From NCBI GenBank assembly GCA_036785375.1, contig JAWMAR010000065.1, positions 5,084,001-5,148,000 of the forward strand: DNA of 64,000 nt, in the 5' to 3' direction. The stretch comes from Leucoraja ocellata (Eukaryota). A program made the translations under genes and the position numbers. Below are positions 1-12,960 of this stretch, in pieces. The number at the start of each line of letters is the position of its first letter. Position 1 is the stretch's first letter. A model generated the notes under the pieces. That model did no database searches. It was given only the letters and a program-made list of their open reading frames with translations, and was not told the DNA's origin.

Positions 1-80
1 ACTTATTTTTCGACGTGACCGGTTTTAATCATGATGAAAAAATAGCAGCAACCTAGATGAAGCCTCAACCACGCAGAAAC

Positions 81-489
81 CACTATTTTTTAGGCGACTA
101 CAGGCGACTACAGGCGACCAGGCTGTCGCCACAAGGTCGCCTGTATGGTCGTGAGTAGTCTCCTCAGTCGCCCAGAGTCCTAGCATCTTTCTGGTCGCCT
201 ATGGATTTGCAACATGCTGGAAATTTTTTGGAGACAGTGGGTTTGTCGTCAACGAGCGTAGCTTGACTTCTCCTGATGTATGTGCTGTCGTCGTTGTCGC
301 CAGGTTAACGTAGGTTGTCGCTGGTGCTGACTTCTCTTTTTTTGTTGTTAAAGTAATGATTCCATTTCAAATTATGTCGAACGGGGGGGGGGGGGGGGGG
401 GGGGGTCCAGTCCCCGGTTTATCGGCGACCTGCTAGACTATGACAGTCTCCAGCAGTCACCTAAAAATAGCCTAAGTGGGACAGGCCCT
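81..489. mobile_element. Harbinger/PIF-like MITE, partial (one TIR visible)
   Basis: Ends cctaagtgggacaggccct followed by TTA; body is the reverse complement of the element at 27007-27498. Confidence 0.75.
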
Positions 490-1163
490 TTATGGAAGCA
501 TTTATTTGCATAAACTGTAACCAATAGCGAGAATAACGAATGAGACCAAAATATACCACTTGTCTCAAACAATTAGACAGTGGAATGAAATGGTGCAAGG
601 ATTGGCATTCTGGAAAGGGGAGATTAAATGAAACCATTGACTGCTTTTGAGGAAACTTGGCCAGTAGTTATTTGGTCACAACTTCTCCATAGCAAAGAAT
701 TATTTTATTTTCAATATCAGATTTTCACTGTTACAAAATTTGCAAAAATGATTTGGCAAGACTGACCCAGTGATTTCATGTGATAATCTAATCAGCAGGG
801 CATGTGATACATGCAGGCATCAGATTCGATTAACCCATAAAAGATATAACTCTGAACATGATGATGCAAGATACTTTCACAGGAGCAGTGTTCAAATGTA
901 CCCAGGCCATATGAGCCATATTTCGTTAAACCCATCAACACACTTGACCTTCCTTGGGAAACAAAGAGTCTGGAATCTGCCACCGTGCCAAAGTACAGTG
1001 CCCAAATTTTCACTATCAGTAGCCTCAACTATTAATACTGGAGCCACTATGCTTCCATGGAAAAGATTAGAAAAGTCAATAAAAACACCGAGCACCATTA
1101 ATGATTACCCCTCTCAAAGCATTAGGCATGACATCAGCCAAAAGATAATCATGTATGCCAGAC

Positions 1164-1305
1164 AACTGCAGATACTGGTGTATACCAAAGATAGACACAA
1201 AGTGCTGGCGTAACTCAGCAGGTCAGGCAGCATCTCTGAGCGAAAAATAAACTTTTTCACCAGAGATGCTGCCTGACCTGCTGAGTTACTACAGCACTTT
1301 GTCTA
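1164..1305. repeat. Penelope-terminus-derived fold-back repeat
   Basis: Arm tagacacaaagtgctggcgtaactcagcaggtcaggcagcatctctg and its reverse complement separated by ~22 nt; same sequence as the Penelope terminus at 50613-50696. Confidence 0.8.
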
Positions 1306-4177
1306 TACGTCTAACTATTTAATCTCTACAAGTTATTGTCCCTTCAATATAACAGTGAAATAATGCTTCATACATTTATGGGCAGCATTTTATGCTATTT
1401 GGGCGTTTTAAATTGCCCAGTGCTGAATTTGACCATTATCACTGTGCCCACGTTTGATTTCTGAGGTTGTCTCAGTTAGCCGACACAAACATAAAACAAG
1501 TTACAATAATAAAACCATAATGCTAATTCCTTCACCTATTCCAGGTTTGTGAAAAACAGTTAAGATCACCACAGTAAAACGCCTTAAACCAGGCTGACCA
1601 ACTCTGAAGCTCATTATTTTTCAATACATCCACACGACGATCATTAATCCTTCTGTTTGACCAACGCATGGTTGATTGACACTAGCACTTAACAACCAAT
1701 GCCTTGTTAAAACCTCCAAAAGTAAAAATGGTACAGAAAATAGAATGGATCTACAGAGCAACACTGAGATAGCAATCTCTTATTTACTCAAGCTCTCCTC
1801 ATAAGTACAGGACCTCGGATAGAACAACCCAATGAAACAAAATTTACTGCATGCTCGGTAACTTTGCTGTAAGGGAATCCGCACATTGTGCTCATTAAAA
1901 ATAGTTTTCCTTCATTTATTCTTTATCATAAAATGATCACGTTTGCAAAAGGTATTTATTACTTTTTGTTATAAAACATTTACAAGAGTAATTAAGAGTG
2001 CACATCATTTTATGTGCAGCTGGTATTTTAATACTGTTTGCTGCGTGCATATTAAATTGTCCTGTTAATTTTCATTTTTAATACTGCACCTTGTTTGATT
2101 TTTTTTTTCTCCCAAACAGGTTTCACTTTTGAATTAGCCAATATATGAGAAACAAAGAGAATGGTTAGTAACAGCGATTCTACACCAACTCCAGGCACAG
2201 GAAAGAGGCCACAGCAATCATTACAGCAACACGGCTTACATTGCTGGTTTCCTATTCATACTAAAGGGCAATTGAGCCCATTAATTTAAAACATAACCGT
2301 TACAACTTCCAAGCCTTCAATGTAAAAAACAGGCAAAATAATTAGACTCTAAATAGAACTGCTGTTCAGAAATGGGTCCATTATTCTGCTTCCCATTACA
2401 CTAAATAAGAATGGAACTCTTATAAATTGAAGTATACCAGTGACATTAGCAATGTACAATAGCCATTTACTATGCAGTTAATAAAAACCATACAAGACTT
2501 CCAGGATACATTCTTATAAGCAATCTCAGATGGCAGCTTCCTATTTCTAGTCTTTTTTCTTCCACTAGCTGAAACCAACAGTTTTAAAGATGAGCCTCAG
2601 TCTGCACAGCACTGCAGTTGGACAATGATGTTATTGAATGTTCTCTGCTGTTGGTGGTCAAGCATCTGAAGTTTCAAGTTTGCCCGACCTCCGTTATCTT
2701 TTACTCCTCCCCCTAATTCTATTCTGTGCCAAAAGTCTTTCTCCATTCAAGTATCATCTTGCTCCAGCAAATTATACAACAGGCAGGATCACAGAACATC
2801 CATTCCCTCCCAGAGAGCTGGGAAATAAACATTCCCTCCCAGGATTTATCACCAGTTGTTTCTCAAATCAGTAATCCTCTAGTTGCCACTTCCACAGTAT
2901 AGGCAACAAGGCGCGGCGCACATCAGTACTTCTCCCGCCCCCACCCCCCAATCAAAAGCAAGCTGAATGTCTTAATTGTCTATTATGAAGTGAAAGACAA
3001 GGGCTTTCCTCTCCAATCCTCACACAATGCAGGACTATCCCCATACACTTGTCTATCTGACAGCAGGCAATGAGAGACTAATCCTGAAATTTGGGGAGGC
3101 AGAATCTCCTAAAGCCACTCATTCGGCTGATTCATCAAATTGCCCTGTCGTACCTCTTCACTGCCAAATTATGTCAACTCCAGCCATTGGTGCAATTTCT
3201 CACGAAGGAACATGAGGGCCAAGTAAAGCAAATTCTGTTGCTAAGGTAGTCCATTGACGAAGAGGATTTAAACACACATTAACCCTTTCACACCAGCAAC
3301 AATTTGCCCATAATGGAATAATCAAGTGCCAATGAAAAATATAGTTATTAGTAATATAGACATTGTACTTGTTGGGGATCCTGCAGATCTTCTCGAAATC
3401 TATCAGTTGCTGCAAGATCATTGATTGGCAACATTAATTCTTTTTTCACAACTCTCAAAATTCTGGCACTTTATTATTAATTTATTTTTGTTCAGGGTGA
3501 AATGATGTTTAAATATCATTTTCAAAAGAGGAGAGGAACAAACAAATTAGTAGGGAAAAGTGGATGTGTGGCAAGTGAAGAAAGAACTCACCAGAAACAC
3601 CATTGAATAGGCCGGATACAGTTTACCAGCAGAAAGTCAAATGTTCCAAATCTGATGCAAGGAAGGCTTGGGTAGAGTTTAAAAAACTCTTGAGATTAAT
3701 TCATTCAAAATAACATTCACTCTTCCCAGCTTCCATCGATAATGTTTACACCAATGCAATTATTTAGCAGGAAAGCTTTATGATATAGGCAAAGATTTTT
3801 TTTTTTTTTTTAAATGTAGTACTGGCAGTACATGCTGCATTATATACCAATTCTGTGTACCTGTGCTGATGAGATTGGTTAAATAATCTTTTGCATTTAT
3901 ACAGTACAGGTATAACCAAAGTTAATGTAATCACACTCAGAAAGAATTGCAGCATGGGATGATCTTCTGAGGCATTTTCTCAAGATTCCCACCATCAAAG
4001 ACCCAGGACTGCAGCCAATTGGATTCACTCCACACGAGGGAAAAAGAAATTGCAGATCGCAAAGGACGCAACAGGTCTTGACAGCTCCCGCGCTGTAGAT
4101 ACAGCACCGGCCTTTACCTGATAAAAGTCATGGGGTTAAGGCAAGAGCATCGGCTATTGACATTAAGACAGCTTTTC

Positions 4178-4900
4178 ATCCTGTCCCCTACTCTACTCTC
4201 TATACCTACAACTGTGTTGCCAGACGCGGCTCCAAAACTATCTTTAAAGTTGCCAACGATCCTACCATTGTTAGATGAATAACGAGCCAGATTGCAGGAT
4301 GGAGATTAAAATTCTGATTGAATGGTGCCAGAACAATCTTTCTCTCACCATCAGCACCAAGGAACTGATGGTTGACTTCAGGAGGGAAATGCCAGAGATC
4401 CTGGAATCGGTCCTCATCCTCATCCCATGACAGTGCTGGATAGTCAATAGCTTCAATTTACTGTGTGCACATCTCTGAAGATCTATCCCGGGCCTAACAC
4501 ATCAATGCAAGGAACGCTCATTAACTCCTCTGCTTTCTTAACGATTGAGGAAATTCAGTATGTCGATAAATATTCAATTGAACTTCTACAGGTGTACAGG
4601 AGAAAGTAGAGGTGTATGGTTGCGTAATGACCTATTTTGGCAACTCAAACACCCAGAAACATAGGAGACCAAAGGGTAGTAGATACTGCCTGGCCCATCA
4701 CAACCACTGTCCTCCTCTCCAACATATGGGATCTATAGGAGGAATTGCTTCAAAACTGATGTCAATATCAGAGCCACACCATCCTGGCATACTCTTATTT
4801 CACTCACTCCATTGGGAAGGAGATACAAGCCTGAAATCCAATCACCAGTTTCAAAACAGTTTTGTCCCAGCAAAGATTAGTCTCTTGAACAGTGCACACA
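4178..4900 (+). mobile_element. Decayed Rex1/Babar-type LINE RT and 3' fragment
   Basis: Frameshifted [27 protein letters not shown] motif homologous to the intact RT at 52823-53722. Confidence 0.75.
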
Positions 4901-7900
4901 ATAACCTGAGCAATTATAATCTTCTATTAACTATTTATTTGGTTTCACTATGGACTTCATTTTTTTTTTTTTGCACAATTATGGGCATCATTGCTACATA
5001 TGACAATTAAAATCCCTTGACTCTTGGCACCAGGGAGCATTGGGAAAATTGAAATCGGGGAAAAGATTTGTAATGGGTGAGGCCATACCAAATATCAAAA
5101 TATGATAAATCTGGACACAGGAGTTAATCACAGCTCTTGGTGAATGCTGCACAAAATTCCTCAGGACAGTGTCCTGCACTTAACGAAAAAATTAGAATAT
5201 TTATTAATGATTTTGATGTTCAGTTCCATTCACAATTCTAGTTAGTGAAGCAATCCATACAGCATACAATCACAAGGCCAGGAAGATTTGCACCAGAAGA
5301 TTAACCATCCATTACAGATGGTCAATGATGGCATTAATGTTCAGTCCACCTCCATCAACATCATGGAGTCACCCATGACCAGAAATCATCCACATAAATA
5401 TTCTGACCACAGTAGCAAGTGATGATTGGTAGTATACAGTGAGTGACCCACCCTATGACTTCAAAGCATTCCTAGCACCCTCAAGGTACGAGGAAGTAAT
5501 GGGCTTGAATACGCTCCACTTCCTGAGACAAATGCAACTTTAACACTCAAACATCTCATCACCATTCAGGTCAAAGCTCCCCCCCATTGCAATGCAACAT
5601 GACAGCAATGTGTGCCAGATGCACTGCAGGAATTTGCCACTACTTTCTTAATTGTTCCCACCATTGTTCCATTTAATGCAAGAAAACAGCAAACCATTGT
5701 CCACCCTGTCACAATGTCCACACTGTCACAAGTTCCTCTGCAAAGCACTACTCCGACTTGGAAATTTACTTCTGTGCATCATAACAACCGAGCTAAATCT
5801 TAGAATTTTTCATACACAAGCATTGTGGAAGTATCTTCCCAAGAAGAATTGCAACAGTTTAAGAAGGTGGCTCACTGTCACTTTCTGGAAAGCAATTAAG
5901 CACAAGCATTTAATACTGGCCTTGTCAGCAACTCCAACATCTAAACAAATGAACAATATCGAAACAAATGAAAGCAATTATTGCAGTTAATAAATGAGTA
6001 ATTCAGTAATAAAACTATAAACATCCCAGGAAGGCACCTATCCCAACAATCATGGATTTAACACGATAGGCCTGCAGGCAAAAAGCCTTCCACATCCAAC
6101 TCCACCTCCCACAAAAGCTGCAGTCAGCAAACATATTTTCGCTTTCTTTTCTTTTAAAAAGCGATCTAACTGGTTTAATAATTTAACATCAACATATGGA
6201 CAAAAGCATAAGATTTGGTAATACATTCTGTCAAGATGGATAATTTCTTAAGTTCCTGTCTTTTTAAGAATGGATGTAAAATAAATCAGTTGTTAGGATA
6301 AGTAAGTTTATTAAAAAAAAATTCAACAGCCAGAATAGCCAGGGGGGAGAGTGGATGACTGCGATCAGGAACACAGTGCTTGAGACTGGAGATGGGGGTG
6401 GGGCAAAGGGCCTCAGGTTTCATGGCCTCGGGGCAGGTCCAAGAAGCTCCAACATGTCTGTATTTGTTCAAACAGCTTGGAAAGTAAGCTGAAAGCAGAG
6501 CACAAATCATGCCTCCAAAGTTATACTGCACCAAAGCATATCTCAAGAATCAGCATGGATTTCATTAACCCCATATTCCCCTTGCATCAATATATTGACC
6601 TGCGGTTCATCAACACGTTTGGATTTCCATGTGCAGAAGGTGCAAAAGCTTACAAACGAAGAGAAAATCGGGTAAATAAATGCAACACTAATCCCTTTGT
6701 ATGGTTTGGACTATACAGGCATTTCCTAGATAGCTACAACCCAAGAGATGAAGCAGCACTGAAAGAAATAATAGTTATCAAAAGCAAGGTAGATACACTC
6801 ACGGCAATCTCTGGACTGATATGCATTTATGCAACAAGAATTGCTCTTAGACTTCAGTGGAGTTTTGAAAGGCATCTGCTTTCAGAAGACCCCCCCCATT
6901 TTCCTTCAGGCTGAAATTGAACAGTATACGCTCACTATTTTGTGAAGCTCCACTCCAATAATCCACTTACTGATTGTTTGGAAATCACAATGTTCTGACT
7001 TTGGCTGACCAAGTACTGACATGTGTGCTGGAGTGCCATGCTAACTTCAACTCACTCGTGCCCCATTTCCACACGGCATTGAAACCCACTGGATTCTGTT
7101 TCTTGCTCTTCCTTTAAACATAACAGATTTGCTGTAAACATTTATGGAAAGTTTATTTTTGTAAAGAAGGTATGTGGGGAGTATTAATTGGAATAATTTG
7201 GAGAATCTGCAGTTCAAGTGGTTCAATGATGCTTTATTGCCAGGTGTACCAGGGTACACAGACATTCTTGTTTTGCCTACTGTTCAGTGACAAATCAGTG
7301 CCTAATATATTAATATTAGGCACAAATCATACTAAGTACAAGTGCGTAAAACAGTAGACCTCATTGAGTCAGTACACAAGAGTTGCCATGTTGCACCCTT
7401 CAAAATCCAAACATTAAAGATACTAGGGTCTTAACTTGCCATGAAGTTCCATTGTCCTGATGGCAGCATTGGGTGGAGTTGCAGGGGTCGCCCTGGCCAG
7501 GCAATGTATAGATGTCTTCAGCTGCCGATACGTGCTGCTGCAGGCAGTGTCTGATCCTCACGCTTGTCCAATTGGAACAGCGCCCAATCTAATGGATCTC
7601 CTGTCGTTAGTGTACCAGATTGATGACGTTTTAATGTGTTTATTTGCCATCAGCGGAATTTATGGACTTCGATCAAGATGAAGATTGTGCAGCTCCAGAG
7701 ATCATCTCTTCTGGGGACACCAGACCTTCCCTGCCTCACGTTACAGGCTGCACTTTCAAATTCCGCTGTGTGAGCGTGCAACCCCAAAAGTAAATGTTTA
7801 TCTTGAAATTTTATTTTTTTATGTACCATCAAGGCTCTACTGCAAAGGGTTGTATCATGGAAGGTTACCAGTCCTCCCGCTCTGGTATCTCTGGCCTTCC

Positions 7901-9062
7901 TCCTACTCTGTCCCGAGGACGACCACCTATTTACCTAGATACCCCTGCTACTCCAGCAGTCTTTACTGCAATTATTAAAAGGTAAACACGTTCGACCTGT
8001 TCAAAATGAGGTCACCTTTTTGGAAAGGTCACTCTGCATGATAAGATATATAAACATTCATACCAAAAATATTCTGTTCTGTCCCTGAAACATAACCAGT
8101 TTGATAAAAGTGGTTTTAAAAAATAATATACATGGGTTGCCAATTTGCTCAGCAAATCTACTAACACCCAGGTAAAATTCAGCTAAAAAATGCATGCGAT
8201 TCTGTAAAGATGAACCGAAAGCTACAGGTGCAAGCCCGAACACACCGGTGATTACTCAAACAAGCAACTTAAAAAGGACCATTACAACACGCAGTATTTT
8301 TCTTCTTTTATTAAAGGACAATTCATGCTTTAGTTAAAAGAATTGTAAGAGTTTAAAAATTAACCACCTCAAAATAGGACGGTGAATCTTTAGTGAAGAA
8401 GGGGCGAAAACTCAATAGTCTGTCTGCACGCCCCCAACCAAGCCGTCAACTTGAATGTTGAACTTCACAGTAGTGGCTGGCTTTCTCAACAACTCCTTTG
8501 ATGTTACCTCCAAAGCTAAAGATCAAAGCAGCGGAGTGTGGTGTGGGGAAGTCCCAGGCTCTTAGAGCTGCCAGCCTGTGATATATGTAAAATCCAAGCC
8601 AAAATGTGAAAGTTTGAAGGAGAACAGTCCAATCTTATTAAAGACTGAAGCAAGGGGACAAGTTAAAATTAAATAAATCCAAATGTTTTCATTCTAAATC
8701 AGCAAAATAAGTAATTTTATCTTCCTGATTTTACTTTTCAGAAATTATCAACTCTGAAAAACCTAAATATGCACCGATTAAGAATCGCCACCTCTCTCCC
8801 TGCACATCTGTGTATAGAGATACTATTACTGTGCTGTTCAACAAGTGTAAAGATAGTGCCAAATTTCTATAGTCAGTGTGTTTTGGGTACAATTGGGTAC
8901 AAGTCTATTTGACCCGTGTATTGCAAATATTATGAGAGAATACGCAAGTCTTACAACAGCAGTATTCATACCAAAGTTTAACATGCCTAAACACCACCAG
9001 AATTAAGGCCAGCTTTCCTGACATTGTCCAGTATTCTAAATCACTTGGTCTAGATATCAGTA

Positions 9063-10207
9063 CAGGTGCACAACCTTTTATCCCAAATTCCAAATAACGA
9101 AAAGCTCCGAATATTTTTTCGGCCCTTGAAGACGTTCACCGAGGGCGGCCCGCAGAGGTGACAGCGGAACCTCTGGTCGGTCCTCGAAGAAAGGGGAACT
9201 AAATCCCCATTCATAAAAGAGAAGGTGAGGGTATATTGCGCGGGAGGGTTAATAATTGACAATCTGCTGCTGCCTGCCCGCTGAGTTAAAAAGTTCCCAC
9301 GGTAGACTCACGATACACAGTGTATCGTGAGTCTTGCGTGGGAACTTTTTAACTCAGCAGGCAGGCAGCAGCAGATTGTCGCTCCCTTCAGTTTCACCCC
9401 ACCTACACCCCTCTGCTTCCCGGCCATGTGTGCGACCCCTTCCCTCCCCTCTCCAGCTCCCCGCCCATTGCACTGGCGACGTCTTGGTCCTGACGTCTCC
9501 GGCCACCCCCCTGGACAGGAGCTGAGAGACGTCAGGACCACCAGAAGCCGCTCCCCGATGGGCCGCTACGGCGACAAGTGGCAGTTCACCCACAGCCCGA
9601 GCTGCGCCCCCTCATCGGGACACCGACCCCCAGACCCACTGCAAGCACGGAGATCCCAGATCAGCAACTCCAGCCCAGCCCCGTTCCAACTCCAGAGGAA
9701 CACGCTTCCCGTAGGGGCAGAAGCTGATGGTGTGCAAGGTACGTCTTGTTCTTGGGGTGGCGCAGCTCGGGCTGTGGGCGAACTGCCACTTGTCGCCGTA
9801 GCGGCCCATCGGGGAGCGGATTCCTCTGGAGTTGGAGGGACAGGGAGACACAGCGGCTTTTGAGAATGGTGGGCAATCACTTCCAAAGTTCTGCCCACAC
9901 AGTCAGTACACCTCTCCTACACTTGTCACCCGCACTAAGATCATCTCGCAGAGAATGATCCCAGCCTAACCCTCCCTATTCTCTCCTATTCTGCAAGAAA
10001 AAACTACATTGAAGACTCAAACTCGCGATCGAGTAACTGCCAGGATCGAGGCGCAAACTCGCAACCTTGCGGATATGAGCCGAGCACTCTACCACTGCGC
10101 CAGCCATTAAAATCTACGCTAAAAATCTTCCATTCCGAAAGCTGAAAAATTCCGAATTACGAAAAGTGTCTGGTCCCAAGGCTTTCGGATAAAAGGTTGT
10201 GCACCTG
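9063..10207. mobile_element. Non-autonomous Tc1/mariner-superfamily (pogo/Tigger-like) DNA element, GC-rich
   Basis: TIR caggtgcacaaccttttatcc at both ends, TA duplication (9061-9062, 10208-10209), no transposase motif in internal ORFs. Confidence 0.88.
10038..10105 (-). pseudogene. tRNA-Met(CAT)-like remnant inside the DNA element
   Basis: tggcgcagtggtagagtg-ctcgg-ctCATat-ccgca-aggtt-gcgag-tttgcgc-ctcga: A-box, CAT anticodon loop and T-stem recognisable; T-loop and acceptor stem degenerate. Confidence 0.5.
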
Positions 10208-12876
10208 TACAATCATTCTTGGGGCATTGCAGAATAATAATTCATATCTCTACAGTGGATAAGCAGTGTTATTTGCTGCATCGCACTGTGTCCGTTTTTC
10301 AAAGAAGTGTGTGACATGACAAGCTTGATCCTATTGGAGGTATCAGTGAAAAGAAACTTAGTGCAAGTACAGAGTTCTGTTATATATTTGTAACATATGA
10401 CTTTCTGTTATGCATATCTCAACCTAACACTTTCCAGTGTCAAGAAAATGCCAGATCAAAGAAAAAAGAAACATGACCTTGCACGTAGTTAAGTAATTAC
10501 CAGAAACGGCAACATTTGTGCTATTCCATCAGGACGTTATTTAAAATGAAGGCAGCAAGTGGCGAAATGAAAATGTTTACATTTGTTTATTGTTATCTGT
10601 CCATAACTGGCAAAGCCAGCATTTTCCACCCATTCCTCACTGCCCCCCAAGAAAGATGGCAATTATCTTTATTGGACCATTGCATTAATTCCAGTGAAGG
10701 TGTTGAGCAGAGTCCCAGCAGTTCGACACAGCAAGAAAGGAAACCTATATATTTCCAACTCAGGTCCGCGTGCAACTAGAAAGGGAACCTGCAAGCCATG
10801 TCGAACATAAAAATGCTGTCCTTCACCTCCTTGGAGGCAAGGACAGGACTTTCGGGGGGGGGGGGGGGGGGGTGGACATGGGGGAGGGGTGTTACTGAAG
10901 CAGCTTAGGCACACAAAAGTGTTGGAAGAAATGAATGATGAAAGGTTAGTGATGTGCCAGTCAAGTGACTCCCTTACCCTGGATAATGTACATCTGGCAG
11001 GTTGCTGGAACTGCTATTATCCAGGAAAGAGCAGAGTTTTCCTTCTTCCTCCTTGTAGATTCTGGAAAGGCTTTGTGGTGGATAACTAACCGCTACCCTC
11101 CTCCTGTAGTTGCGTCAAATGAGCATCTAGATCCTGGTGGCACTGGTACATTGATGGAGAAGATGAAACCACTGTCTATTTAACCATGACGTTAGACTCT
11201 CTCCTGTTGGGGGATACCCACTGTCTGGTACAAGTGTTACCTTCCACATATCAGCCCGCGCACGAGGGCATGTTCTGCTTCAGCTCCTGAGCCATTGAAC
11301 AATATTCAGTTAAATTTGTAATCATTTGCAAATACCTTCACTTCAGAACCTTCTAATGGAAGAAGCTGTAGATTGTCAAGCCCAAGACAGTCCTGAGTAA
11401 CTCTTGAAGCATTATCTGGGATTAGGACCACTAACCTCAACAACCACGACCATCTTCCCATGAGGTCTGACTAGAACGATTCAACCGTTTCCCTCTTGAT
11501 GCCCGCTGTGCATTTTCCCAGAGCTTGCCAATGACATACAAAAATGCCGCCTTTAATATTCTGGTCAATCTATCTTGTCATCTCCTAATTTCCATGTTAC
11601 ACTAAACTGTCCAATATGAATGCAAGAACAAACAGAGCAAAGAACAAACTGCTGGAAAGAATTCACCAGGTCAAGCAGCATCTGTGGAGGCAATGACTAG
11701 TCTTTGATTCAAGACTATATTGGGACTGAATCACTGTCTTGCCCCAAAACAGTCACTGTCCCTTTGCCTCCACAGATGCTGTTTGACCCAGATGTCCTCC
11801 AATTGCTTTTTACTTCATATTCCATCTAGTGTTCCATCTTGGAACTACTTTGACCAAATTCACTGTGGTATTGCAATAAATCCGCAGAGCAGAGTTGATT
11901 CAGCACAAACTCTAACAACGACTAAGGCAACTTACTGCTTCTGGCCAAAATTGTGGCACTACAGTTCCGAGATAATAAGAGTGTCGACTCTGCCTTCTAG
12001 GAACGTCACCACATTTTGCCAGCAAAGCTAAGTAGTGAATTGTCACAGCCACATATTTTCAAAGAAAACACTTGAATCAATGAGGGCTAAACCTCAGACT
12101 ATTCTAGATTGGAATCTAACATCTATTGAAAAGCAAGTACCATTTTTCACAAAAAAACATGTCACCCCTGTAATTAATACGCCACTGAATCTATCCTTCT
12201 TGGAATAATAACCAGTATCATTTATGGTTGAAAGGTCAAAAATAGTCATCTCCCAATGACGTCACCCCTTTTGTAATCCTTTTTGGAAATTAGTCACCTG
12301 TGGGAGAGAGCAGAATGGGTCAAAGCCGAGCAACATTCATTAGATGCAGCACCTGGCAAGAATAGGCAGGGATTGGTCCCCAGACATTGTCCAAGAACAT
12401 GAAGCAGGACCTTCATGGGAGAAGAAATATCAGCACCATCTTACACAAGTCCATACTTCCAGGACACCACAGCCCACCATTAAAAACAAGACATCTATCA
12501 ACTGCTCTGTTTGCAAGAGGCGAATCACCTGGTTAAAATTTCTGAGAATGAGCAATAATTATGTATCATCTTTCCACTGACTGGTTAGCACACAAAAGCT
12601 TTTCACTGTACCTCAGTTCACATGACAATAAATTAAACTCATTTTACGTGATCCTACATACAAATTTGATGAGCCCAAAATTGTTTCAGATACCCCTTAA
12701 AAAAAAAAAGCTCTCCACAAGTATTAAGCCCAGGACATTGGAGTGTAAAATGATCAGCACATGTGGTGTACATGACACTCCTGGAATTGACTGCCCTGGT
12801 TTCCATTCCTGATAGAGACTTCAATATACATTTCTTCAGGGACTGTATTTACAATGTCAGGACTACCTCACCCAGA

Positions 12877-12960
12877 GTCGGAAGAAGAGTCTCAACCTGA
12901 AACGCCACCCATTCCTTCTCACCAGAAATGATGCCTGTTACTCCAGCATTTTGTGTCTAT
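12877..12960 (+). repeat. Penelope-terminus repeat with degenerate hammerhead core
   Basis: cggaagaagagtctcaacctgaaacgccacccattccttctc..., diverged from the 35884 copy. Confidence 0.7.

Noticed and set aside
91-330. Short ggcgactaca/gtcgcc repeats resembling a CRISPR array
   Set aside because: Vertebrate context, irregular spacing, no unique spacers; these are MITE subterminal repeats.
770-1213. 147-aa and 145-aa (6477-6914) intronic plus-strand ORFs
   Set aside because: Non-ATG starts, no motifs, lengths within chance expectation; the first ends in a repeat.
9308-9958. Several overlapping ORFs on both strands
   Set aside because: By-product of GC-rich inverted repeats in a non-autonomous element; no domain motifs.
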